From assembly GCA_014728075.1 (NCBI GenBank), contig WJMG01000008.1, positions 15,229-79,228 on the forward strand: a DNA stretch of 64,000 nt. The letters are read 5' to 3'. The translations under genes were made by a program, and so were the position numbers. The stretch is from Candidatus Omnitrophota bacterium. Its GTDB lineage: Bacteria > Omnitrophota > Gorgyraeia > Tantalellales > Tantalellaceae. The notes under the pieces are model-generated. The model had not been told where the DNA came from and ran no database searches. It saw only the letters and a program-made list of their open reading frames with translations. Below, piece after piece: positions 27,723-35,201 of this stretch. Each line of letters starts with the position of its first letter. The first letter of the stretch is position 1.

Positions 27723-27764
27723 GGGATATCGGGTGGTAAGGATAAAGGGTGAAAGGGTGAAAGG

Positions 27765-28361
27765 GTGAAAAGAGATCCACTGGTCATAATAGTTTCGGCG
27801 CCGTCGGGAAGCGGTAAGACGACCATAGTCGACAGTATGCTCAAGAGCATGGACGGAATAGAGCAGACAGTTTCTTATACAACAAGGCTCCCGCGAAACG
27901 GAGAGAGGGACGGGCAGGATTATATATTCGTCAGTGAAGAGGATTTCCGGAAGAGAATAGAGGAAGGGGACTTTCTGGAATGGGAGGAGAATTTCGGGAA
28001 TCTGTACGGGACATCCGAAGAACAGGTCAGAAAAACACTTGCCCGGGGGGCCGACATAATTCTCAGTATCGATGTGAAAGGCGCTCGGAATGTGAAAAAC
28101 AGGTTTCCCGAGAGCATAAGTATATTTATAATGCCGCCTTCTGAGGAGGAGCTGGCCCGCAGGCTCAGGAACCGGAGAACGGACGACGACAGGCAGGTCG
28201 TTATACGCCTGAAGGAAGCCGCCAGGGAAATTAAAGCTTCCGAGGAATACGATTACCTGTTGATAAACGATGATCTGGAAAGGGCCGTGGACGAGCTTAA
28301 GGGAATAATAGAGCAGGAGCGCCTGCGGAAAATGGCGCACGCTAAAAACAAGGGGGAATAG
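27765..28361 (+). CDS. gmk: guanylate kinase
   Basis: SAPSGSGKTT, TTRLPR..E.DG.DY.F, YGT. Confidence 0.96.
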   Translation: MKRDPLVIIVSAPSGSGKTTIVDSMLKSMDGIEQTVSYTTRLPRNGERDGQDYIFVSEEDFRKRIEEGDFLEWEENFGNLYGTSEEQVRKTLARGADIILSIDVKGARNVKNRFPESISIFIMPPSEEELARRLRNRRTDDDRQVVIRLKEAAREIKASEEYDYLLINDDLERAVDELKGIIEQERLRKMAHAKNKGE

Positions 28362-28555
28362 TGGAAGTGGAAAGAGAAGTGCTGCTTGAAAAAGTCGGAA
28401 GTATCTATAAGCTCTGCAACCTCGCAGCCATGAGGGCGATGGAGCTGAATAACGGAATGAAAAAACTGGTGGATGCCGATCCGAAGGAAAAGGTCACCAC
28501 CGTAGCTATCAGGGAGATCGCCGAGGATAAGGTCAAGATGCAGGCTAAGGCTTGA
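28361..28555 (+). CDS. rpoZ: RNA polymerase omega subunit
   Basis: Position between gmk and coaBC; SIYKL..LAA.RA.EL, A.REI. Confidence 0.85.
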   Translation: MEVEREVLLEKVGSIYKLCNLAAMRAMELNNGMKKLVDADPKEKVTTVAIREIAEDKVKMQAKA

Positions 28556-28560
28556 GTGAC

Positions 28561-29106
28561 ATGAAGAACATACTATTAGGAGTTACCGGAAGCATCGCGG
28601 CGTACAAAGCCTGCGAACTGGTTTCCATTTTCAGGAAAAAGGGGATGTCTGTAAGGTGCGCTCTCTCGGGTGACGCCGAAAAGTTCGTTACGGCGCTTAC
28701 CTTCGAGACCCTGACGGGCAAAAAAGCGGCTAAAGACCTTTTTGCCCTTCCGGATACAAGGTCTCCCGAGCATATTTCCCTTGCCGAGGAAGCCGATATC
28801 GTACTCATAGCCCCGGCTACGGCCGATATTATAGGTAAGATCGCCTCGGGCATATGTGACGATGTGCTGACCTGCGCAGTATGCGCTTCTTCCTCACCGG
28901 TCGTTATCGCGCCTGCCATGAACGATAATATGTACCGAAACCCCGTATTGGGTGACAAAATACAATACCTCAGGTCCAAAGGCTACCATTTCGTGGACCC
29001 GGTAGAGGGGAACCTTGCCTGCGGGCGTAAGGGCATCGGTCATCTGGCGCCTCTTGAGGAGATAGTTAAAAAGACCGAAGAGGTCCTTGCCGCCACCTGT
29101 TCGTGA
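28561..29106 (+). CDS. coaC: phosphopantothenoylcysteine decarboxylase
   Basis: GVTGSIAAYK, HI.LA, APATA, PAMN..M, LACG..GIG. Confidence 0.93.
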   Translation: MKNILLGVTGSIAAYKACELVSIFRKKGMSVRCALSGDAEKFVTALTFETLTGKKAAKDLFALPDTRSPEHISLAEEADIVLIAPATADIIGKIASGICDDVLTCAVCASSSPVVIAPAMNDNMYRNPVLGDKIQYLRSKGYHFVDPVEGNLACGRKGIGHLAPLEEIVKKTEEVLAATCS

Positions 29107-29122
29107 CAACCGTGTTCGAACC

Positions 29123-29776
29123 ATGCAGACAAAACCCTCCAAAATAGTCATAACCGCCGGGCCTACCAGGGAGCCGCTTGACCCCGTCAGGTATATTTCC
29201 AACTTTTCCACCGGCGCCATGGGTTACGCTCTCGCAGCGGAGGCCGAGGCGGAAGGCTTCGATGTATGCCTTATAACGGGTCCGGTAGCCCTTTCCGCGC
29301 CCCTGGGTGTCAGAAAGATCGATGTAACGACGGCCGAAGAGATGTTAAAGGCGGTTGAACAGGAGATCGAAGGAAGCTGCTGTGTTATAATGGCTGCCGC
29401 TGTTTGTGATTTCAGGCCGGTTAAAGCCTCCGTGCAAAAGATCAGGAAAACAGGCGGGCGGCTGCGGGTCGAACTGGAGGAAAATCCGGATATAATAGCT
29501 TCCATTGGGCGCCGGGAAGGCCTTTTAAAGATAGGCTTTGCGCTGGAAACGCGTAAAGCCGTCCGCAGCGCGCTGGAAAAGCTGCAAAGAAAACAACTCG
29601 ACCTGATAGTGGTCAATGAGATATCCGGGGCCAACGACCCTTTCGGGGAGGGAAAGAAGGACTTCCTGATAATGGGCTGTTCCGGCGAAAGGGATGAATA
29701 TAAAGCCTTAACTAAGCGGGAATTAGCGGCAGAGATAGTCCGGCGGGTCCGGAAGAAGAAAGGCGATGATGGATAA
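29123..29776 (+). CDS. coaB: phosphopantothenate-cysteine ligase
   Basis: ITAGPTREPLDPVRYISNFSTG.MG, AAVCDF, GFALET. Confidence 0.93.
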   Translation: MQTKPSKIVITAGPTREPLDPVRYISNFSTGAMGYALAAEAEAEGFDVCLITGPVALSAPLGVRKIDVTTAEEMLKAVEQEIEGSCCVIMAAAVCDFRPVKASVQKIRKTGGRLRVELEENPDIIASIGRREGLLKIGFALETRKAVRSALEKLQRKQLDLIVVNEISGANDPFGEGKKDFLIMGCSGERDEYKALTKRELAAEIVRRVRKKKGDDG

Positions 29777-30203
29777 CAAAAGAGAACAAGGTGGTTTCAC
29801 CCTTGGAGAACTGATACTCGTGTTCGCTTTCGTCGGTTTGCTGGCAGCCGTGCTGTTCCCTTTTATAAGGCATACACTGGCAAAGACCGACAAAGTCCTG
29901 TGCGCTAATAACATCAGGGAGATAGGCAGGAGCCTGTATATTTACGCCAGGGAACACGAAGGCAATTTCCCCCCGACGCTGAATACTCTGTACGATGAGA
30001 AGTACCTTTCGGATGTTAAATTGCTGGATTGCCCTGCGAACAGGAACACAGGAGACCTTGAATATCCGGATTATATATACACGGGGGGGTTAAATGTCAA
30101 CGACGCGTCCCGAAAAGAGCTTCTTAAGGACAGGAAGAGGAACCATCCCGACAGGGGCAGGAACATCCTGTACCTTAACGGTGACATATACTGGAAACCA
30201 TAG
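29766..30203 (+). CDS. prepilin-type N-terminal cleavage/methylation protein with H-X9-DG-like tail (DUF1559-like)
   Basis: G|FTLGELILV, C.NN...IG....Y, C-terminal H...RNILYLNG. Confidence 0.8.
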   Translation: MMDNKREQGGFTLGELILVFAFVGLLAAVLFPFIRHTLAKTDKVLCANNIREIGRSLYIYAREHEGNFPPTLNTLYDEKYLSDVKLLDCPANRNTGDLEYPDYIYTGGLNVNDASRKELLKDRKRNHPDRGRNILYLNGDIYWKP

Positions 30204-30223
30204 AGTTTAAAGCAGATAGAAGA

Positions 30224-30252
30224 TTGACATTTTCCCCTGCTTATGTTAGTTT
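30224..30252 (+). promoter_or_regulatory. sigma70-type promoter of tRNA-Cys
   Basis: TTGACA-N17-TAGTTT with extended TG. Confidence 0.6.
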
Positions 30253-30273
30253 AGTCCTTCGTTCTTTCTTTGA

Positions 30274-30347
30274 GGCGCGATGGCCGAGTAGATAGGCAGC
30301 GGTCTGCAAAACCGCGTACACCGGTGCGAATCCGGTTCGCGCCTCCA
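30274..30347 (+). tRNA. tRNA-Cys (GCA)
   Basis: GGCGCGA...GCGGT-CTGCAAA-ACCGC...TCGCGCCTCCA cloverleaf, CCA encoded. Confidence 0.95.
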
Positions 30348-30351
30348 CTTT

Positions 30352-30620
30352 AAGATCCGGGACTCCGGGCGTCCTTACAGGAATCGGCGGACCCCTTCGT
30401 CCCCTCCGGGCTGCTGGGAAGCGCAGCCGGATCTTTTTGAGAAAAAACCAAAGGTTTTTTCTCAACATCTGCCTCCGGCAGACTGCTCTTTTTCCATCAT
30501 TTGTATCTTGTTAGTCTTGCTGAGGGAGAGAGCGGAAAGTTCTTTTAGTTGTATGTGTTAACGGATCCGGGACTCCGGGCGTCCTTACAGGAATCGGCGG
30601 ACCCCTTCGTCCCCTCCGGG
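30352..30620. repeat. tRNA-downstream structured element, unit A (with 57-bp terminal direct repeat at 30354 and 30564)
   Basis: Exact 57-bp repeat GATCCGGGACTCC...CCCCTCCGGG; homologous to 31674-31950 with compensatory changes. Confidence 0.85.
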
Positions 30621-30675
30621 TGCATGGCGGAACCGGCAGACGCAAGGGGACCTTAATGAGAGGGTAAAAAATCCC
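30618..30675 (+). pseudogene. degenerate 5' part of a tRNA-Leu(UAA)
   Basis: GGGTGCA-TG-GCGGAACCGGCAGACGC (Leu-type D-arm)-AAGGGGA-CCTTAA...AAATCCC; no T-arm or acceptor 3' strand. Confidence 0.55.
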
Positions 30676-30698
30676 GGAGCCTGTTGATAGAGTTCAAG

Positions 30699-31307
30699 AT
30701 GCCGGTTCCGCGTTTAAGCACGCGACCTATGGTATTTGGTGGGACTTATAACTTCCGACGGTAATCTCCGTAAAGATGGAAGGCACATAGAGATAACATC
30801 GAAAGAGCCCGGTTTTTAAGGGATGTTATAGAGCGCTATGGGTTTTAAAATACCATTGGGACGAAAAAGGGTGGTTCCGGAACGATTACCTGTAGGGTTC
30901 AGATATCAAATGTCGGTTTCTATGCTTTTCTGGGATCTATAGGCTTGAGTCCGAAAAAGTCTCTTTTTCTGGAGAAAGTTTCAGTTCCTGCCGAGTTTTT
31001 TGAGGATTTTCTCAGGGGGGATCATTGATGGTGACGGTCTGTAAGAAGAAGGATCCATCCCGGTAACCGATGTGAGCAATGGTCGCTTAGAATATATTCC
31101 GCCTCTCAAAACTTTCTTAAATGGCTGTCGTCAGAAATAGAAAATATCATGCAGGCCATAGGAAAGATCCATTTGAATAGCGGGCAAAAATCTGTTAACC
31201 GTCTTTACGCGCTAAAGTTCGGAAAAATAGCGGCTAAAAGAATACTCAGAAAGTGTTATTTGCAAAACAGCTTTGCGTTGGAAAGAAAAGCTGTTATTGG
31301 CTGCTGA
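30699..31307 (+). pseudogene. double-motif LAGLIDADG homing endonuclease pseudogene
   Basis: WYLVGLITSDGNL.KDGRHIEITSK and IGLSPKKS...FFEDFLRG/IIDGDG...SASQNFL.WL...LERK across several frameshifts and stops; visibly AT-richer. Confidence 0.85.
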
Positions 31308-31359
31308 ATGGTTTTCGTCTGATGTGAAATGGGAAAAGGCCTAAAACAGTAGATTTATT

Positions 31360-31443
31360 GCCGGGATGATGGAATTGGCAGACATGAGAGACTTAAAATC
31401 TCTTGCTCAAAAGAGCGTGCCGGTTCGAGTCCGGCTCCCGGCA
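31360..31443 (+). tRNA. tRNA-Leu (TAA)
   Basis: GCCGGGA...AGAGA-CTTAAAA-TCTCT, long variable arm, GGTTCGAGTCC, TCCCGGCA; CCA not encoded. Confidence 0.93.
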
Positions 31444-31592
31444 CTTATTGAACGATGTTAAGCTTTTGTTGATAAAAGACTTCCGCGATCGCTGCTTCAC
31501 AAAGAAGATTCGACAGAATATATCAGATTGAGTAACACAATATATAGTTGATAAATAAACAGAAATTTGTAATAATATACAGCAAATTCGGT

Positions 31593-31669
31593 GGGCGGTT
31601 AGCTCAGCTGGTTAGAGCGCCACGTTGACATCGTGGAGGTCACAGGTTCGATTCCCGTATCGCCCACCA
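31593..31669 (+). tRNA. tRNA-Val (GAC)
   Basis: GGGCGGTTAGCTCAG...CCACG-TTGACAT-CGTGG...TCGCCCACCA. Confidence 0.95.
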
Positions 31670-31673
31670 CTTG

Positions 31674-31950
31674 AAAAATTCGGTGCTTCGGACGGTCTTA
31701 CAAGAAATGGCGACCTCCTACGCACCTTTCAGGCTGTTGGGGAGCACAGCCGAATTTTTTTGAGGGAGAACCAAAGGTTCCCCCTCAATGTCCGCTAAAG
31801 CGGACTGCTCCCCCTCCTTTATTGTAAGAGTGGTAGTCTGGTTTCGCTCGAGTCTTGATACGGAAGAGAGCAGAAAGTTCTTTCAGTTGTATGTGTTAGC
31901 GGATCCGGGACTCCGGGCGTCCTTACAGGGGATCGGCGGACCCCTTCGTC
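31674..31950. repeat. tRNA-downstream structured element, unit B
   Basis: Divergent but co-varying copy at 31677-31812 plus near-identical partial copy at 31902-31950. Confidence 0.85.
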
Positions 31951-32054
31951 AGCGGATCAATTTTCAGTTTTTGAGCTCTATTGATCCCGAGGATAGATGT
32001 CGGAAGTTCAATAGAGAAGAACATCGGCTACTTATAAGTGGAACTTGGTATAAT

Positions 32055-32200
32055 GGCACCAAGCCCGCCGGCCCTGGCAGCCGGGTAAAAAGCCGGTGTT
32101 AGCGTGGCGCCCTGACGGGCGGCACGGGCGTTCTCCGCGGGGAGGACGAACAGCGCAAGTCTGGTAAGGGCTTTGGTGAAGGCTTTGTCCGCGGTCACCT
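32055..32200 (+). promoter_or_regulatory. putative structured thrS leader RNA
   Basis: TGnTATAAT at 32046-32054 followed by a GC-rich multi-hairpin closed by CACCAAGCCC/GGGCTTTGGTG. Confidence 0.4.
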
Positions 32201-32239
32201 ATGCCCTTTTGTTGTTTATAAATAAAGCAGGGAATACTT

Positions 32240-34006
32240 ATGGCAAAGAAAAAAAACGAACGGCTTGAAAAGATACGCCACAGCGCCGCTCATGTTCTTG
32301 CCGACGCGGTTAAAAAACTTTATCCCGGAGTTAAGCTCGGTATAGGTCCGGCCATCGAGGACGGGTTCTACTATGATTTTGATTTTTCATCCTGCGGCGA
32401 AAAGAGTGAAGGACCGGGAAGTTTTCTCGTTCCCGAAGACCTTTCTCGAATAGAGAAGGAGATGCGGAAGATCGCCGGGGCGAAGGTCCCTTTTCAGAAG
32501 CGCGCCGTAACTAAAGAAGAGGCCGCGGAACTTCTTGAAAAAGAAGGAGAGACCTATAAGCTTGAACTTTTGGCGGACCTCGGGGACGGCGAGCGGGTCA
32601 CCATATACACGCACGGTGATTTTTTCGATCTCTGCAAGGGACCCCATGTCGAGAACACTTCGGAAATAGGGGCTTTCAAGCTTCTTTCTCTGGCGGGGGC
32701 GTACTGGAGGGGTGACGAGAAGAACCCTATGCTCCAGAGAGTGTACGGTACCGCTTTCGAGAAAGAACAAGAGCTCGAGGAACATCTTAGGCTGATCGAG
32801 GAAGCCAGAAAAAGGGATCACCGCAGGCTCGGTAAGGAGCTTGAGCTTTTCAGTTTTCACGAAGAGATGGGGGCCGGGCTGGTCCTTTACCATCCCAAGG
32901 GCGCGCTTTTAAGGCAGCTCGTTGTGGACTACATAACGGCCAGGCATCTTGAGAAAGGATATCAGCTCATTTCCAGTCCGCATATACTGAAAAGCGATAT
33001 ATGGCAGACCTCCGGGCATTACGGCTTCTATAAGGAGAACATGTATTTTTTCGATAGTGAAGGCCAGGAATACGCCGTCAAGCCGATGAACTGCCCCGGA
33101 CACATACTCGTCTATTCCTCAAGGGTCAGGAGCTACCGGGAGCTGCCTTTGCGTCTTTTCGAGCTGGGAACGGTTTATCGCCACGAAAAATCCGGTGTTC
33201 TCCACGGTCTTCTTCGGGTAAGAGGGTTCACTCAGGACGATGCCCATCTTTTCTGCAGGAACGATCAGGTCGAAAGCGAGATAGAGAAGGTAATAGATTT
33301 CGTGGACGAGACGCTCAAAGATTTCGGGTTCACGGATATAGAGGTCGAACTCAGCACCCGTCCGGAGAAGTTCATAGGAGAGGAGAAGGACTGGGAAAAA
33401 GCGACATCGGCGCTTGAGAATACTCTAAGGAACAAGGGCATAGATTATGAGGTGAACGAGGGGGACGGCGCTTTCTACGGTCCGAAAATAGACATAAAGC
33501 TTAAAGACGCGCTCGGAAGATCGTGGCAGTGCGCGACGGTACAGTGCGATTTTTCGCTTCCCGAAAGGTTCGACCTGAAATACATCGATAGCGACGGGGA
33601 GGAAAAAAGGCCGATAATGCTGCACCGTGTGGTCCTGGGGAGCCTGGAGAGGTTCATAGGGGCCCTGATCGAGCATTACGGAGGGGATTTTCCGCTGTGG
33701 CTCGCTCCGGTTCAGGTCATGATGGTGCCCATAACGCAGGACCAGGTGGAATATGCCGAAGAAGCGGCTTCGCGGCTCAGGGCCGCCGGTCTTCGTGTGG
33801 AGGTCGACCCGAGGGACGAGAAAATGCAGAAAAAGATAAGGGATGCCGAAGTCACCAAGATACCTTATATGGCGGTTCTCGGCAAGAGGGAAGCGGCTGA
33901 CGGCACTTTATCGCTCAGGAGCCGGAAAGACGGCAATATCGGGGTGATGAAAACCTCAGAGATGATAGATAAGTTGACGGAAGAAGTGAAAAAAAAGGGG
34001 AGATAG
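32240..34006 (+). CDS. thrS: threonyl-tRNA synthetase
   Basis: RHSAAH, DLCKGPH, RDHRRLG, KPMNCPGH, RVRGFTQDDAH, FYGPKID. Confidence 0.98.
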   Translation: MAKKKNERLEKIRHSAAHVLADAVKKLYPGVKLGIGPAIEDGFYYDFDFSSCGEKSEGPGSFLVPEDLSRIEKEMRKIAGAKVPFQKRAVTKEEAAELLEKEGETYKLELLADLGDGERVTIYTHGDFFDLCKGPHVENTSEIGAFKLLSLAGAYWRGDEKNPMLQRVYGTAFEKEQELEEHLRLIEEARKRDHRRLGKELELFSFHEEMGAGLVLYHPKGALLRQLVVDYITARHLEKGYQLISSPHILKSDIWQTSGHYGFYKENMYFFDSEGQEYAVKPMNCPGHILVYSSRVRSYRELPLRLFELGTVYRHEKSGVLHGLLRVRGFTQDDAHLFCRNDQVESEIEKVIDFVDETLKDFGFTDIEVELSTRPEKFIGEEKDWEKATSALENTLRNKGIDYEVNEGDGAFYGPKIDIKLKDALGRSWQCATVQCDFSLPERFDLKYIDSDGEEKRPIMLHRVVLGSLERFIGALIEHYGGDFPLWLAPVQVMMVPITQDQVEYAEEAASRLRAAGLRVEVDPRDEKMQKKIRDAEVTKIPYMAVLGKREAADGTLSLRSRKDGNIGVMKTSEMIDKLTEEVKKKGR

Positions 34007-34028
34007 TCCCCAAACGAGGAGGAAGGCC

Positions 34029-34580
34029 ATTTCTAGAAGATATTCGTATAACCGAGGAAGCGGAAGGAAAAAGGATTTTACCAGGGTCAATGAGCGCATA
34101 AGATGTCTCAAAGTGCGCCTGGTGGATGAAGAAGGCAACCAGCTCGGAGTGACCGAGACGAACAAGGCGGTGGAAATGGCCAGGGACAGGGGGTGCGACC
34201 TGGTAGAGGTATCGCCGAATTCAGATCCTCCCGTATGCCGGATCATGGACTACAGCAAGTACAAGTACGAGCAGGAAAAGAAAAAGAAGCTTGCCAAGAA
34301 AAAACAGCATGTCACCCACATGAAGGAAGTCCGGTTCAAGCCGCGTATAGAGGAACACGATTACCAGGTAAAGGTCAAACATATCAAGGAATTCCTGGAA
34401 AAAAAAGATAAAGTACGCGTTCTTTTAAGGTTCAGGGGCAGGGAGAATGTGCATAAGGAATACGGGCTGGACCTTCTTAACAGGATAGCCAACGATGTAT
34501 CCGCCCTGGGAGAGATGGAGGACCGTCCCAAGATGATGGGACGAACGGCAACGATGACGCTTACCCCTAAGAGTTCGTAG
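34029..34580 (+). CDS. infC: translation initiation factor IF-3 (ATT start)
   Basis: GGAGG RBS then in-frame ATT; RVNERI...VRLVDEEG, DLVEV, PPVCRIMDY.KYKYE. Confidence 0.93.
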   Translation: MSRRYSYNRGSGRKKDFTRVNERIRCLKVRLVDEEGNQLGVTETNKAVEMARDRGCDLVEVSPNSDPPVCRIMDYSKYKYEQEKKKKLAKKKQHVTHMKEVRFKPRIEEHDYQVKVKHIKEFLEKKDKVRVLLRFRGRENVHKEYGLDLLNRIANDVSALGEMEDRPKMMGRTATMTLTPKSS

Positions 34581-34605
34581 GGGAAGATAAAAAAGGAGAA
34601 AAGAA

Positions 34606-34803
34606 ATGCCGAAACTTAAGACGAGAAAGGGCCTGGCAAAAAGGGTCAAGGTCACTAAAAACGGTAAAATAAAAAGACATAAAGAGGGCGCGAGGCATAT
34701 ACTTACCAAGAAATCGCGTAAGCGCAAGCGCAGCCTAAGGAAACCCACTACGGTGGACAAGACCGTCGAGAAGAACATGAAGGAGCTGCTCCCCTACAGC
34801 TGA
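34606..34803 (+). CDS. rpmI: 50S ribosomal protein L35
   Basis: [25 protein letters not shown]; synteny. Confidence 0.97.
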   Translation: MPKLKTRKGLAKRVKVTKNGKIKRHKEGARHILTKKSRKRKRSLRKPTTVDKTVEKNMKELLPYS

Positions 34804-34843
34804 GGGGCGGGTCCGTTCAAGAAACAGTTAAGGAGAAGCAAAA

Positions 34844-35191
34844 ATGGCAAGAGTAAAACACGCGGCAAGTTCGCTTAAAAGAAAGAAAAAGGTCCTCAAG
34901 TCCGTAAAGGGCCAGAGAGGGTCGAGATCAAAACTGCTCAGGACGGCTAAGGAATCGGCCAGAAAGAGCCTTGTGACGAACTATTACGACAGGAAAAAGA
35001 AAAAGAGCGATTTCCGTTCGCTCTGGATAACCAGGATAAACGCCGCCTGCAGACAGGAAGGAGTTTCCTACAGCAAGTTCATCGCCGGGCTGAAGTCGGC
35101 CGGAATAGTGCTGGACAGGAAAATGCTGGCTTTCATAGCGGAGAACGACAGCCGCGGGTTCAAGAACCTGGTGAAAAAAGTAGCCAAGTAA
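34844..35191 (+). CDS. rplT: 50S ribosomal protein L20
   Basis: MARVK, DRKKKK.DFRSLWITRINAA, LDRKMLA. Confidence 0.97.
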   Translation: MARVKHAASSLKRKKKVLKSVKGQRGSRSKLLRTAKESARKSLVTNYYDRKKKKSDFRSLWITRINAACRQEGVSYSKFIAGLKSAGIVLDRKMLAFIAENDSRGFKNLVKKVAK

Positions 35192-35201
35192 AATATATCT
35201 C

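Noticed and set aside
30656-31359. Group I intron in tRNA-Leu(UAA)
   Set aside because: The downstream tRNA is complete rather than a 3' exon, and I could not find P7-type core sequences by eye; cmscan is needed to exclude it fully.
30354-31950. CRISPR array from the 57-bp repeats
   Set aside because: The repeat is too long, the intervening sequence is itself conserved between units, and no cas genes are present.
31788-32102. 104-aa ORF in the track
   Set aside because: It overlaps the structured repeat and the thrS promoter, with no RBS or protein-like motif.
32055-32239. T-box riboswitch for thrS
   Set aside because: No GGTGGNACCGCG antiterminator motif or clear terminator.
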